Positions 34,933-45,713 of a stretch of DNA of 64,000 nt are shown in pieces. The stretch's first letter is position 1, and every line of letters begins with the position of its first letter. The notes beneath the pieces were generated by a model that saw nothing but the letters and a program-made list of their open reading frames with translations, had not been told where the DNA came from and ran no database searches. The stretch spans positions 2,592,001-2,656,000 of the forward strand of contig CAWIIB010000009.1 in the NCBI GenBank assembly GCA_963836075.1, in the 5' to 3' direction. The position numbers and the translations under genes are program-made. The stretch is from an uncultured Acidobacteriota bacterium (GTDB taxonomy: Bacteria > Acidobacteriota > JAQAZP01).

Positions 34933-35304
34933 ATGAGCGAGAAAAAAAGCCGGAAGGAAAAGCGGGTCAAGATCCGGCGGCGGATCCGGGCCACGGTGGT
35001 CGGCTCCGACAGCCGGCCGCGGCTTTCCGTATACCGCAGCCTGAAACAGATCTATGTCCAGGCTATCGACGACCAGAAGGGGGCCACGTTGCTCGCCGTC
35101 TCGTCGATGGACAAGGAGATCAAGGCCAAGAGCGGCAACAAGGGCGGAAATATCGAGGCCTCCAAACTGGTGGGCCAGCAGGCCGCGGCCCGCCTGAAGG
35201 AGTTGGGCATCGAGAGGTGTGTCTTCGACCGCGGCGGCTGGCGCTACCACGGCCGCATCAAAGCCCTGGCTGAAGCGATCCGCGAAGGCGGGATCATCAT
35301 CTGA
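34933..35304 (+). CDS. rplR: 50S ribosomal protein L18
   Basis: [22 protein letters not shown]. Confidence 0.97.
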   Translation: MSEKKSRKEKRVKIRRRIRATVVGSDSRPRLSVYRSLKQIYVQAIDDQKGATLLAVSSMDKEIKAKSGNKGGNIEASKLVGQQAAARLKELGIERCVFDRGGWRYHGRIKALAEAIREGGIII

Positions 35305-35327
35305 CGCCGGGGGGAAGAGGGAACAGC

Positions 35328-35864
35328 GTGGACAGAGACAGAGATCGAAACAGAGGAAGAGGCCGGGGCCGGGATCGAGATGCCGGCGACCAGGAATTCA
35401 AGGACCAGGTGGTCTACATCAACCGGGTCACCAAGGTGGTGAAGGGTGGTAAGAACTTCAGCTTCAGCGCCCTGGTGGTGGTTGGTGACGGCAAGGGCCG
35501 GGTGGGCTTCGGCAAGGGCAAGGCCCGGGAAGTGCCGCTGGCCATCCGCAAGGGGATCGAGGCGGCGAAGAAGAACCTGATCAAGGTCCCGATGAAGGGG
35601 ACTACCGTGACCCACAAGATCGTCGGGCGTTTCGGTTCCGGGCAGGTGCTGCTCAAGCCGGCTCCCGAGGGCACGGGCGTCATCGCCGGCGGTCCGGTGC
35701 GCGCGGTGCTGGAAACCGCCGGGATCACCGATATCCTCACCAAGTCTCTGGGCACGGCAAACCCCTTCAATGTTGTGCGGGCCACTTTCGACGGTTTGAG
35801 CCGTCTGAAGGATCCGGCTGTGGTGAGCCGGCTGCGCGGCGTTGAACTGGCGATCAAGGAATAG
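35328..35864 (+). CDS. rpsE: 30S ribosomal protein S5
   Basis: [19 protein letters not shown]. Confidence 0.98.
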   Translation: MDRDRDRNRGRGRGRDRDAGDQEFKDQVVYINRVTKVVKGGKNFSFSALVVVGDGKGRVGFGKGKAREVPLAIRKGIEAAKKNLIKVPMKGTTVTHKIVGRFGSGQVLLKPAPEGTGVIAGGPVRAVLETAGITDILTKSLGTANPFNVVRATFDGLSRLKDPAVVSRLRGVELAIKE

Positions 35865-35875
35865 GGCGGAAAGCG

Positions 35876-36079
35876 ATGAGCGCGACCGAAAAAAAGAAAG
35901 AGATGGTCCTGCAGTATTACCGGAGCAGCATCGGCAGGCCGGAGAAGCAGCGCAAGGTGCTGGCCGGTCTGGGATTCCGCAAGCTGAACCAGGTGATTCA
36001 GATTCAGGATACCCCCGAGATCCGCGGCATGGTGGCGAAGATTCCCCACCTGGTCCGGATCGTTGATGATAACGCGTAG
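35876..36079 (+). CDS. rpmD: 50S ribosomal protein L30
   Basis: RSSIGR, LGFRKLNQ, IRGMVAKIPHLV. Confidence 0.95.
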   Translation: MSATEKKKEMVLQYYRSSIGRPEKQRKVLAGLGFRKLNQVIQIQDTPEIRGMVAKIPHLVRIVDDNA

Positions 36080-36135
36080 CCTGATCGCGGCGGCGTCGCC
36101 GACGGAGCGGGCACGGACAGGGATTGGAAAAGATC

Positions 36136-36582
36136 ATGAAGCTTCACGACCTCAAACCGGCGGAAGGCTCCACCAGGAATCGCAAGCGTTTGGGCCGCGG
36201 TCCGGGTTCCGGTACCGGCAAGACGGCCGGCCGGGGACACAAGGGGCAGAAATCCCGCTCCGGCTACTCGAGGAAACGCGGCTTCGAGGGCGGGCAGATG
36301 CCGCTGGTCCGGCGGGTGCCCAAGCGCGGGTTCACCAACATTTTCCGCAAGGAATACGCCTGTGTGAACCTGGAGACCCTGAACCGTTTCGAGGAAGGCA
36401 CGGAAATCAGTCCGGCCCAGTTGCTGAAGAGCGGTGTGATCAGGAAGCTCAAGGCCGGAGTGAAAATCCTCGGCCGCGGCGAGTTGAACCACCCGTTGAC
36501 CATCAAGGCCCACCGCTTCAGTGAAACGGCCGTCGAGAAGATCAAGAAAGCCGGCGGAACAATCGAGGAGATCGACAAGTGA
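36136..36582 (+). CDS. rplO: 50S ribosomal protein L15
   Basis: [18 protein letters not shown]. Confidence 0.98.
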   Translation: MKLHDLKPAEGSTRNRKRLGRGPGSGTGKTAGRGHKGQKSRSGYSRKRGFEGGQMPLVRRVPKRGFTNIFRKEYACVNLETLNRFEEGTEISPAQLLKSGVIRKLKAGVKILGRGELNHPLTIKAHRFSETAVEKIKKAGGTIEEIDK

Positions 36583-37961
36583 TCGATAGCCTGAGGAACA
36601 TTTTCCATATTCCCGATCTCAGGCGGCGAGTGCTGTTCATGTTTGGCCTGCTCGCCGTGTACCGTGTGGGTGCGTTCATTCCCACTCCCGGTATCAACGG
36701 CATGGCCCTGTCCGAGTTTTTCACGGCGGCCCAGGGCGGTTTTCTCGGATTTCTCAACATGTTCTCCGGCGGTGCGCTGGCCCAGATGACCATCTTCGCC
36801 CTGGGGATCATGCCCTACATCAGCGCATCGATCATCCTGCAGCTGCTGACCGTGGTCTGGCCCTATCTGGAGCGGCTGTCCAAGGAAGGCGAGGCGGGGC
36901 GGAAGAAGATCACCCAGTACACCCGTTACGGAACGGTGGTGCTCAGTGTGATCCAGTCCTTCGGCATCTCCCTCGGCCTCGAGGGCTTGCAGGCGCCCAG
37001 CGGCGCGATGGTCGTGGCCGGCGGCGGCTGGGGCTTCCGGCTGATGACCGTGCTGACCCTGACCACCGGCACCGCCTTTATCATGTGGCTCGGTGAGCAG
37101 ATCTCCGAGCGGGGCATCGGCAACGGCATTTCGCTGATCATTTTCGCCGGCATCGTGGTGGGGATCCCCAACGCGATCATCGGCATGGTCCAGGGGCTGA
37201 TAAGCGGTGAGATGTCCATCTTCACCATTATCGGGCTGCTGATCCTGATGGTGGTGGTGGTGGGAGTGATCGTATTTGTGGAGCGCGGGCAGCGCCGGAT
37301 CCCGGTGCAATACGCCAAGCGCGTGGTGGGCCGGCGGATGTATGGCGGGCAGAGCACGCACCTGCCGCTGCGGGTCAACACCGGCGGCGTGATCCCGGTG
37401 ATCTTCGCCTCGTCGATCATCACCATTCCGGCCACCATCGCCCAGTTCATCAATATCGACTTCATCCAGGCCATCTCGCGGCAGCTGGCTTTCGGCATGC
37501 CGCTCTACAACCTGCTCTATGTGGTGTCGATCATCTTCTTCTGTTACTTCTACACGTCGATCATCTTCAACCCGGTGGACACCGCCGACAACCTGAAGAA
37601 GCACGGCGGGTATATTCCCGGTATTCGCCCGGGCAAGCGGACGGCGGAATACATCGACCGCCTGCTCTCCCGGATCACCTTTGGCGGAGCGCTCTACCTG
37701 GCCGCGGTGGCCATTCTGCCCACGTTCCTGATTTCGGGTTTCAACGTGGCGCCGATCCCGGGCATCGGCCCGATACTGGACAGCTGGCTGCCCAAATTCA
37801 TCACCGAGGGCTTCGGCATCAACTTCTACTTTGGCGGAACATCGCTGCTCATCGTGGTCGGCGTGGCCATGGATACGGTCCAGCAGATCGAAGCGCAGCT
37901 GATTATGCGGCACTACGACGGGTTCATGAAGAAGGGGCGCCTGCGGGGCCGCCGGGGCTAG
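36579..37961 (+). CDS. secY: Preprotein translocase subunit SecY
   Basis: [40 protein letters not shown]. Confidence 0.99.
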   Translation: MIDSLRNIFHIPDLRRRVLFMFGLLAVYRVGAFIPTPGINGMALSEFFTAAQGGFLGFLNMFSGGALAQMTIFALGIMPYISASIILQLLTVVWPYLERLSKEGEAGRKKITQYTRYGTVVLSVIQSFGISLGLEGLQAPSGAMVVAGGGWGFRLMTVLTLTTGTAFIMWLGEQISERGIGNGISLIIFAGIVVGIPNAIIGMVQGLISGEMSIFTIIGLLILMVVVVGVIVFVERGQRRIPVQYAKRVVGRRMYGGQSTHLPLRVNTGGVIPVIFASSIITIPATIAQFINIDFIQAISRQLAFGMPLYNLLYVVSIIFFCYFYTSIIFNPVDTADNLKKHGGYIPGIRPGKRTAEYIDRLLSRITFGGALYLAAVAILPTFLISGFNVAPIPGIGPILDSWLPKFITEGFGINFYFGGTSLLIVVGVAMDTVQQIEAQLIMRHYDGFMKKGRLRGRRG

Positions 37962-37976
37962 CCGGGCGAGAAAATA

Positions 37977-38768
37977 ATGGGACCGGGCTCTGATCGAATC
38001 GAGTTGAAGTCAGGACGGGAGATCGAGATACTGCACCGGGCCAACGGAATGGTTCTGGCCATTCTCGAGGAGCTGAAAAGCATGGCGCTTCCCGGGATCA
38101 GCACCGGGGAGCTTGACCGTTACGCCGAGCAGGCGATCCGCGACCGCGGCGGCGAACCGGCGTTCAAGGGCTACCGGGGGTTCCCCGCGACGCTCTGCAC
38201 GTCGATCAACGACGAAGTGGTTCACGGCATACCGTCGGCGAGCCGGGTCCTCGAAGACGGGGACATCGTCAGCCTTGACCTGGGGGTCAAGCTGGAAGGG
38301 TTTTATGGAGATTCGGCGATCACGGTAGCCGTGGGCGCCGTCTCCGCGGAAAAGATGCGGCTGATGGAGGTGACCCGGGAAGCGCTGGTCAGGGGGATCC
38401 GCGCGATGAAGAACGGGGCGCCCATGGGGCTGATGTCCCACGCGATCCAGCATCACGCGGAGGGTCACGGCTTCTCCATGGTCCGCGAGTTCGTCGGCCA
38501 CGGTATCGGCCGGCAGCCCCACGAGGAGCCGGCGGTCCCCAATTACGTGGACGGCGACCCGAACAGCGGCCTGGTGTTGAAGAGCGGAATGGTGCTGGCC
38601 GTGGAGCCGATGGTCAACGCCGGTTTGCCAGAGGTGCGGATCGCCCGGGACGGATGGACGGCGCAGACCAGAGATGGTCGCCCGTCAGCCCATTTTGAAT
38701 ATTCGGTCGCGGTGACCGATGACGGTCCCAGAATTCTGGGGCTGGAGCTTTCCCCGGAGGGGAGTTAA
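37977..38768 (+). CDS. map: Type I methionine aminopeptidase
   Basis: SINDEVVHGIP, GHGIG, HEEP, AVEPMVN, SAHFE. Confidence 0.96.
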   Translation: MGPGSDRIELKSGREIEILHRANGMVLAILEELKSMALPGISTGELDRYAEQAIRDRGGEPAFKGYRGFPATLCTSINDEVVHGIPSASRVLEDGDIVSLDLGVKLEGFYGDSAITVAVGAVSAEKMRLMEVTREALVRGIRAMKNGAPMGLMSHAIQHHAEGHGFSMVREFVGHGIGRQPHEEPAVPNYVDGDPNSGLVLKSGMVLAVEPMVNAGLPEVRIARDGWTAQTRDGRPSAHFEYSVAVTDDGPRILGLELSPEGS

Positions 38769-38987
38769 GTGCCGAAGGAAGAGGCAATAGAAGTTAGAGC
38801 GACGGTTCTGGAGCCGCTGCCCAACGCCATGTTCAAGGTCGAACTGGAGAACAAGCACCAGGTGCTGGCCCATATTTCCGGAAGGATGCGCAAACATTTC
38901 ATTCGCATCCTGCGCGGAGACCAGGTGCTGGTGGAGCTCTCGCCCTACGACCTGACCAGGGGCAGAATCGTCTACCGGTTCAAATAG
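38769..38987 (+). CDS. infA: Translation initiation factor IF-1
   Basis: [22 protein letters not shown]. Confidence 0.98.
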   Translation: MPKEEAIEVRATVLEPLPNAMFKVELENKHQVLAHISGRMRKHFIRILRGDQVLVELSPYDLTRGRIVYRFK

Positions 38988-39105
38988 CTGCGCCCGACGG
39001 GTGGCCGGTAGGACCGTTTGAGGATCGAGGTGCCCTGATTCCGGGGTGAGACGTCTTGCCTGGCCGGCCGGGTGGCAGGCGGTCTGGTGAACGGAGGGAC
39101 GTGAA

Positions 39106-39219
39106 GTGAAAGTTCGAGCATCGGTTAAAAAAATGTGCAACAAGTGCAAGGTCCTGCGGAGAAAAGGTGTGGTCCGCGTGATCTGCAGCAACCCGAAGCA
39201 CAAGCAGCGCCAGGGTTGA
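39106..39219 (+). CDS. rpmJ: 50S ribosomal protein L36 (below ORF-track length cutoff)
   Basis: GTG start; [37 protein letters not shown]. Confidence 0.97.
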   Translation: MKVRASVKKMCNKCKVLRRKGVVRVICSNPKHKQRQG

Positions 39220-39260
39220 CCCGTGGGTCCCCGTTGGATGAGCTGACTGGAGGTTGAAAA

Positions 39261-39629
39261 GTGGCCCGTATCGCAGGAGTTGACTTACCGCAGACCAAGC
39301 GGGTTGAGATCGCTCTGACCTACATCCATGGCATCGGCCGCACCCGTTCGGGCAAGATCCTGGAGAAGGCGGGAGTGGACCTGAACACCAAGGTCAAGGA
39401 CCTTTCCGAGGACGAGACCACCCGGATCCGTAAAGTGATCCAGGACGAAGGGCGGGTCGAGGGGGATCTGCGCAAGGACGTCTCGATGAACCTCAAGCGG
39501 CTGATGGAGATCGGCTGCTACCGGGGTATTCGGCACCGTCGCTCGATGCCGGTGAGAGGACAGAACACGCACAACAACGCTCGCAGCCGCCGGGGACCCA
39601 GGCGTTCGGCCACCGGCCGGAAGAAGTAG
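39261..39629 (+). CDS. rpsM: 30S ribosomal protein S13
   Basis: [20 protein letters not shown]. Confidence 0.98.
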   Translation: MARIAGVDLPQTKRVEIALTYIHGIGRTRSGKILEKAGVDLNTKVKDLSEDETTRIRKVIQDEGRVEGDLRKDVSMNLKRLMEIGCYRGIRHRRSMPVRGQNTHNNARSRRGPRRSATGRKK

Positions 39630-39693
39630 CCCCGGTATATCGAGAGGCGTCTGCGGGATTTGAAACCCGTTGGCGCCGGGGAGAAAGAAGGAA

Positions 39694-40101
39694 ATGGCCA
39701 AAGGTAAACGCGTTGGAGCGCGCAGGCGGGGCGGAAAACGGCAGGAGAAGAAGCACGTCCCGAACGCCGTGGCCCACATTCAGGCCACGTTCAACAACAC
39801 GATCATCAGCATCACTGACACCAACGGGAACGTGATCAGCTGGGCCAGTGCCGGCGGCCAGGGCTTCAAGGGCTCCCGCAAGGGCACCCCCTTTGCCGCC
39901 CAGCTCGCTGCCCAGGCCGCGGGTAACGCGGCCAAGGAGCACGGTGTGGCACAGCTGGTGGTGCGGGTCAAGGGACCCGGTTCCGGTAGAGAATCCGCCA
40001 TCAGGGCGCTGCAGGCCATCGGGCTGGACATCAAGTCGATCAAGGACGTGACGCCCATCCCGCACAATGGCTGTCGGCCCCCGAAACGGCGCAGAGTCTG
40101 A
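39694..40101 (+). CDS. rpsK: 30S ribosomal protein S11
   Basis: [25 protein letters not shown]. Confidence 0.98.
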   Translation: MAKGKRVGARRRGGKRQEKKHVPNAVAHIQATFNNTIISITDTNGNVISWASAGGQGFKGSRKGTPFAAQLAAQAAGNAAKEHGVAQLVVRVKGPGSGRESAIRALQAIGLDIKSIKDVTPIPHNGCRPPKRRRV

Positions 40102-40144
40102 ACAGAACAAGGTTCTTCAACGCTGAAGAACGAGGAGGGATGGT

Positions 40145-40774
40145 TTGGGACGGTACACTGAGTCAGTCTGTCGGCTGTGCCGCCGGGAGAACACCAAGCT
40201 CTTTCTGAAGGGCGAGCGGTGTTTCACCGAGAAATGCGCCGTGGAGCGCCGTTCTTACGCTCCGGGCGAACACGGCAGGCGCCGCGGCCGTGTCCAGGGA
40301 TACGGCATCCAGCTGCGCGAGAAACAGAAAGTGAAACGGATTTACGGCCTGGGGGAGAAGCAGTTCCGGCTCTACTTCAGCCGGGCGGAGCGGCAGCAGG
40401 GCAAGACCGGCGACAATCTGCTGATCATGCTCGAACGCCGTCTGGACAACGTGGTCTACCGCTCGGGGTTTGCCTCGTCCCGCGCCCAGGCCCGCCAGCT
40501 GATCAGCCACGGCCACCTGAGGGTGGACGGGACCAAGGTCGACATCCCCTCGTTCCTGGTCAAGGGCGGACACGTGGTGGCGGTGCGCGAGAAGAGCCGC
40601 AAGAACCCCTATGTCCTGGAAGCGCTGGATATCGCCAAGAGCCGCGGATGTCCGAAGTGGCTGGATCTCGACGGTGAGAAGTTCCAGAGCACGGTCAAGG
40701 AATTGCCGCAGCGCGAGGACATCAGCACCATTCCGATCCAGGAACAGCTTATCGTGGAGCTTTACTCCAAGTAA
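40145..40774 (+). CDS. rpsD: 30S ribosomal protein S4 (TTG start)
   Basis: [32 protein letters not shown]. Confidence 0.98.
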   Translation: MGRYTESVCRLCRRENTKLFLKGERCFTEKCAVERRSYAPGEHGRRRGRVQGYGIQLREKQKVKRIYGLGEKQFRLYFSRAERQQGKTGDNLLIMLERRLDNVVYRSGFASSRAQARQLISHGHLRVDGTKVDIPSFLVKGGHVVAVREKSRKNPYVLEALDIAKSRGCPKWLDLDGEKFQSTVKELPQREDISTIPIQEQLIVELYSK

Positions 40775-40810
40775 GGCCGGATTTCCTCACCCTCGGGAGG
40801 GCTTGAATCG

Positions 40811-41794
40811 ATGTTATGGAAAGGGTTTCAGCGGCCGAAACGGCTGGAGTTCGACCAGGAGACACTTACCCCGACGTATGGGCGGTTCAGTGCTCAACCG
40901 TTCGAGCGGGGCTTCGGCACCACTGTGGGCAACGCTCTTCGGCGCGTGCTGCTCTCGTCAATCGAGGGCGCGGCGCTCACCGCGGTGAAAATCGAGGGTG
41001 TGCTCCACGAGTTCTCCTCGATCCCGGGTGTCGTGGAAGATACCACCAACATCATCCTCAACATGAAGCAGGTTCCGATCCTGATGCACACCGACGAGCC
41101 CAAGGTGATCACCATCAAGGCCGAGTCGAAGAAGCGCCGCGAGATCACCTCCGGTGATATCCAGTGCGATCAGGACATCGAAATCATCGATCCCGACATC
41201 CACATCGCCACCATCAGCGACGGCGGGAAGTTCGAGGCCGAGCTGGTGGTCAAGCCTGGTCGGGGCTACATCAGTGCGGACCAGAACTTCGACCCCGAAC
41301 TGCCCATCGGGTTTATCCCCCTGGATTCGGCCCATTCGCCGGTGCGCAAGGTCAACTACGTGGTGCAGGCCACCCGTCTGGGACAGACCACCGACTATGA
41401 CAGCCTGACCATGGAGATCTGGACCAACGGGACGATCATTCCCCAGGACGCGCTGTCCCTGGGGTCGATGCTGCTGCGGGACCACATGAACATCTTCCTC
41501 CGCTGCGACGAGCAGGTGGCCCAGGAAGAGGAGGCGCCGCTGAAGGTCGAAGACCTGCGCGAGGAGTTCCTGGACAAAAGCGTCGAAGAGCTGGAGCTTT
41601 CCGTCCGCTCCTACAACTGCTTGAAGAGCGCCGACATCACCACCATCCGCGACCTGGTGCAGAAGACAGAAGCGGAGATGCTGAAGACAAAGAACTTTGG
41701 GCGGAAATCGCTCAACGAAATCAAGGAAATCCTCATGGGGATGGGTCTCGGCCTGGGCATGGACCTGAGCGCGGGGCTGCCGGAAGAGGAATGA
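40811..41794 (+). CDS. rpoA: RNA polymerase alpha subunit
   Basis: [35 protein letters not shown]. Confidence 0.99.
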   Translation: MLWKGFQRPKRLEFDQETLTPTYGRFSAQPFERGFGTTVGNALRRVLLSSIEGAALTAVKIEGVLHEFSSIPGVVEDTTNIILNMKQVPILMHTDEPKVITIKAESKKRREITSGDIQCDQDIEIIDPDIHIATISDGGKFEAELVVKPGRGYISADQNFDPELPIGFIPLDSAHSPVRKVNYVVQATRLGQTTDYDSLTMEIWTNGTIIPQDALSLGSMLLRDHMNIFLRCDEQVAQEEEAPLKVEDLREEFLDKSVEELELSVRSYNCLKSADITTIRDLVQKTEAEMLKTKNFGRKSLNEIKEILMGMGLGLGMDLSAGLPEEE

Positions 41795-41826
41795 CCGGGC
41801 TACTGGCACGGTAAGGAAGAAAGACC

Positions 41827-42354
41827 ATGAGACACAGGGTTCACGGAAGAAAACTCGGCAGGACCTCCGCCCACCGCAAGGCGCTGTTCCGCAACCAGGT
41901 GACGGCGCTGATGGACAAGGAGCGGATCACCACCACCTTGATGAAAGCCAAGGAGGTTCGTCCCATCGCCGAGCGGATGATCACGCTGGCCAAGCGCGAG
42001 TCGCTGCACGCCCGGCGTCAGGTGCTGAAGACCATCCAGGACAAGACGGTGGTGAGCAAGCTTTTTGACTCCATCTCCGCACGCTATGCCGAACGGCCCG
42101 GCGGCTACACCCGTATCTACAAGCTGGGGCCCCGCAAGGGGGACTGCGCTGAAATGGCGATCCTCGAGCTGGTGGACGCCCAGGTGGTGAGCGGCAAGCG
42201 GAAAGAGGACGACAAGAAGAAGAAGAAGAAGGTCCTCACCCCCGCCGAGATCAAGGCCAAGACCGAGAAGGCCGCAGCGGAAAAGGCCAAGGAGCGGAAA
42301 AAGATCCGCGACGCCGAGCGCAAGGCGGCAGCCAAGGAAAAGAACGGCAAGTAG
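41827..42354 (+). CDS. rplQ: 50S ribosomal protein L17 with Lys-rich tail
   Basis: [20 protein letters not shown]. Confidence 0.98.
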   Translation: MRHRVHGRKLGRTSAHRKALFRNQVTALMDKERITTTLMKAKEVRPIAERMITLAKRESLHARRQVLKTIQDKTVVSKLFDSISARYAERPGGYTRIYKLGPRKGDCAEMAILELVDAQVVSGKRKEDDKKKKKKVLTPAEIKAKTEKAAAEKAKERKKIRDAERKAAAKEKNGK

Positions 42355-42433
42355 TTTCCACTACCTGCCGGAGACGATACTGCCCGGAGGCCCTAAAACT
42401 CCGGGCGTTCGTCTGTACAGTGGGTGGCGAAGC

Positions 42434-42465
42434 AAAATAAAAGCCCCGCCGTGAGGCGGGGCTTT
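42434..42465. terminator. Bidirectional intrinsic terminator between convergent rplQ and EF-G paralogue
   Basis: AAAATAAAAGCCCCGCC-GTGA-GGCGGGGCTTT perfect stem with A/T tracts on both sides. Confidence 0.85.
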
Positions 42466-42493
42466 CGGGATTGTCGTTGGCATCAGGAGCCGT

Positions 42494-44590
42494 CTAGCTC
42501 TCCTCTTCCTCTTCCGCCGCCCGCTTGTGCTCGTCGATGACCTTCTGCATCAGGTGGGCCGGCACTTCCTCGTAGTGCGACATGGCCATGGTGTAGCTGC
42601 CCCGGCCGCCGGTGATCGAGTTCAGCGTCGGCATGTAACTGAGCATTTCGGCCATGGGGGCCTGGACCCGGATCAGCTGGTTGGCGCCCATCGGCGTCAT
42701 CCCCTGAACCTTGCCCCGGCGTGAGTTCATGTCACCCATGATGTCGCCCATACACTCTTCCGGGGCGATGACTTCCACATCCATCACCGGCTCCAGCAGG
42801 GTGGGATGGGCAATGGCCATGGCTTTCTTGAAAGCCAGCGAAGCGGCGATCTTGAACGCCATTTCCGAGGAATCCACATTGTGGTAACTGCCGTCGTAGA
42901 CGGTGGCCTTGAAGTCGATCATCGGGAACCCGGCGAGGAAGCCACGCTGCCGGGCTTCCTGGATACCCTTTTCCACTGCCGGCACGTAGTTGCGGGGGAT
43001 TGCTCCGCCGAAGATCTCGTTGGCGAACTCGAAATCCCCGCCCTGGGGCAACGGCTCGAAACGGATCCAGCAGTCGGCGAACTGGCCGCGGCCGCCGGTC
43101 TGTTTCTTGTGCCGGCCCTGGACCTCGGCCTTGCCCTTGATGGTTTCCAGGTAGGGCACCTTGGGCGGGTGGAGGATCACCTCCACGCCGAAGCGTTTTT
43201 TCAGCTTGGAGACCGCCACTTCCACGTGGGTCTGGCCCATGCCCGAAACCAGCAGTTCATTGGTCTGGGGGTCACGGCCCCAGCGGAGGGTCGGATCCTC
43301 CTCGAGAATCCGGGTCATGGCCGAGGAGATCTTGTCCTCGTCGCCGCGGGACTTGGGCTCGATGGCGTAGGACATGGCCGGCTGGGGCAGCTTCACCGGG
43401 GCCACCACCACATTTTCCCCCTTGGGCCGGAAGGTATCACCGGTCTGGGTCACTTTCAGCTTGGCCACCGAGCCGATGTCACCGGCCGCCACTTCGGCCA
43501 CCGGCGCCGGGTTCTTGCCCTGGAGCAGCGAGATGCTGCCCAGCCGCTCCTGGCTGTCCCGGGTGGTGTTGAACAGTGTCGAGTCGGAAGATACCGTACC
43601 GCCGAAGACCCGGAAAAGCGTGATCTTGCCCGCATAGGGGTCGGCGATGGTCTTGAAGACGAAGGCGGCCAGCGGTGCGTCGGGGCCGGTGGCGATATCG
43701 ACATTTTCGCCGCTTTCCAACTCGATACCCGGAACCGTTGGTTTGTCGGCAGGGGAGACGCCGAAGTCGATCAGGGCGTTGAGCAGCGGGTGCATGCCGA
43801 TGTTTTTACCCGCCGAGGCGCAGAAGACGGGGAAGATCTTCAGCTCGCGGATGCCGGTTTTGAGACCCTGGACCAGTTCCTCCTGGGTCAGCTCCCCTGA
43901 TTCGAAGAACTTCTCCAGCAGGGCGTCGTCCATCTCGGCGATCATCTCCACCAGCTTCTCCCGCTCCGCCGCGGCTTTCTCCTGGAGCTCGTCGGGGATC
44001 TCGCCGGTGGTGAACGTGCCGCTCTCGTCCGTCTGGTAGATATGGGCCTTCATGGAAAGCAGGTCGACGACGCCGTTGAACGAGGACTCCTTGCCGATGG
44101 GCAGCTGGACCGGAACGGCGTTGCGGCCGAAGGTCTGGTTGACACTCTCCATGGCCCGGTCGAAGTCGGCCCGGTCGCGGTCGAGCTTGTTCAGCACGAT
44201 GATCCGGGAGAGGCCGAGCTCCTCGGCGAAACCCCAGCCCTTTTCGGTCTGGACCTCCACGCCGGAGACGGCGCAGACGGTGACCAGGGCGGATTCCACC
44301 ACGCGGAGGCAGCTCTTGGCGTCGAGGATGAAGTTTCCGTAGCCCGGGGTGTCGATGATATTGATCTTGTTCTTTTTCCACTCGGCGTAGCAGACCGCGG
44401 AGGAGATACTGATTTTCCGTTCGATTTCTTCCTGGTCGAAATCGGTGACCGTTGTGCCGTCATCCACCTTGCCCAGCCGGGTCACGGTACCGGCGCTGAA
44501 GAGCAGGGCCGAAACAAGGGATGTTTTGCCGCTGTCGCCGTGGCCGATGACACCCACGTTGCGAATTTGATCTGCTTGATAGACTTTCAT
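42494..44590 (-). CDS. Elongation factor G paralogue (EF-G2 type)
   Basis: [45 protein letters not shown]; full five-domain length. Confidence 0.93.
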   Translation of the reverse strand: MKVYQADQIRNVGVIGHGDSGKTSLVSALLFSAGTVTRLGKVDDGTTVTDFDQEEIERKISISSAVCYAEWKKNKINIIDTPGYGNFILDAKSCLRVVESALVTVCAVSGVEVQTEKGWGFAEELGLSRIIVLNKLDRDRADFDRAMESVNQTFGRNAVPVQLPIGKESSFNGVVDLLSMKAHIYQTDESGTFTTGEIPDELQEKAAAEREKLVEMIAEMDDALLEKFFESGELTQEELVQGLKTGIRELKIFPVFCASAGKNIGMHPLLNALIDFGVSPADKPTVPGIELESGENVDIATGPDAPLAAFVFKTIADPYAGKITLFRVFGGTVSSDSTLFNTTRDSQERLGSISLLQGKNPAPVAEVAAGDIGSVAKLKVTQTGDTFRPKGENVVVAPVKLPQPAMSYAIEPKSRGDEDKISSAMTRILEEDPTLRWGRDPQTNELLVSGMGQTHVEVAVSKLKKRFGVEVILHPPKVPYLETIKGKAEVQGRHKKQTGGRGQFADCWIRFEPLPQGGDFEFANEIFGGAIPRNYVPAVEKGIQEARQRGFLAGFPMIDFKATVYDGSYHNVDSSEMAFKIAASLAFKKAMAIAHPTLLEPVMDVEVIAPEECMGDIMGDMNSRRGKVQGMTPMGANQLIRVQAPMAEMLSYMPTLNSITGGRGSYTMAMSHYEEVPAHLMQKVIDEHKRAAEEEEES

Positions 44591-44743
44591 TCTTCGTCGC
44601 ACCTCACGAGCGAGGCGGTCCTGACCACGCTCTCATGTCTGTCGGCCGGGTTTTCTTCGCTTATCCAGCGGCCTGAAGATGGTTGATCTGGAATACTGCC
44701 GGGCAGTTGCGTGCATGACAGTGGCGTACGTCGGAAAACGCTA

Positions 44744-44772
44744 AATATAGCACAGCAGACACCCCTTGACAA
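44744..44772 (-). promoter_or_regulatory. sigma70-type promoter for EF-G paralogue
   Basis: Minus strand TTGTCA-17 nt-TATATT with extended -10 TG. Confidence 0.6.
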
Positions 44773-44831
44773 CATTTGTCCGCAGCCAGAAGTTTAATGA
44801 AACATTGCACTTCTGGCCGGAGGGGTGAGAC

Positions 44832-45713
44832 TCAGCGGTCGTCGGCGGCGGTGCGCCGCTCACCCCAGGAGAGTTTCTGCCGCAGAATGTCGAAATAGCT
44901 GTCCCGGCTCGATTTGATCAGCCGCACCGGGTGCTCTCCGCGGAGCACCTCGATGTGGTCCCCGGGGCGGAGGGGAAAGCCCTCCTGGCCGTCCAGGGTC
45001 AGAAACACATCGCCATCGGGATGGTCCGACTGCAGCTCGAGGGTGATCCGCACATCCGGCGGGAGGATCAGCGGCCGGTTGGCCAGCATGTGGGGGCAGA
45101 TGGGGGTCAGCAGAATAGCTTCGATGGAAGGGACGATAATCGGGCCCTGGGCCGACAGGGAGTACGCGGTGGAGCCGGTGGGGGTGGAGAGGATCAGCCC
45201 GTCGGCCTTGAAATCGTTGACGAACCTGTCATCCACCAGCACCCGGAGGTCGATCATCCGGGCCAGAGCGCTTTTGTTCACCACGATGTCGTTGAGCACC
45301 TGGCGGGATTCCAGTGGGCGGCCGTCGCGGACCACCCGGCAGCTGAGGGTCATCCGTTCCTCGGTGGTGAAATCTCCGGCCAGCACAGCCTCCAGGGTGC
45401 TGTAGAGCTCGGGGAAGGCGGTCTCGGTGAGGAAGCCCAGCGATCCGAAATTTACCCCCAGCACCGGCAGCGGGTGGTCGGTCAGGCCCTTGACCGCGCT
45501 GAGCAGCGTCCCGTCCCCGCCCAGCACCACCAGCAGTTCCACGTGGCGGCCCATTTCGCTGCGGTGCACCCGGGGGCAGCCGGCCCCGAATTCGGTGGGG
45601 ATATCGGACTCCAGCACCGGCTGGATGCCGCGCTGCTCCAGCCACTGGATCAGGTCGTGGAGCACCTGGCCGAGGATGCTGGGGTGCTGCTTGACCACGA
45701 TGCCGGTTTTCAT
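44832..45713 (-). CDS. nadK: NAD kinase
   Basis: GGDGTLL, GSLGFL, ADGLILSTPTGSTAYSLSA. Confidence 0.96.
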   Translation of the reverse strand: MKTGIVVKQHPSILGQVLHDLIQWLEQRGIQPVLESDIPTEFGAGCPRVHRSEMGRHVELLVVLGGDGTLLSAVKGLTDHPLPVLGVNFGSLGFLTETAFPELYSTLEAVLAGDFTTEERMTLSCRVVRDGRPLESRQVLNDIVVNKSALARMIDLRVLVDDRFVNDFKADGLILSTPTGSTAYSLSAQGPIIVPSIEAILLTPICPHMLANRPLILPPDVRITLELQSDHPDGDVFLTLDGQEGFPLRPGDHIEVLRGEHPVRLIKSSRDSYFDILRQKLSWGERRTAADDR

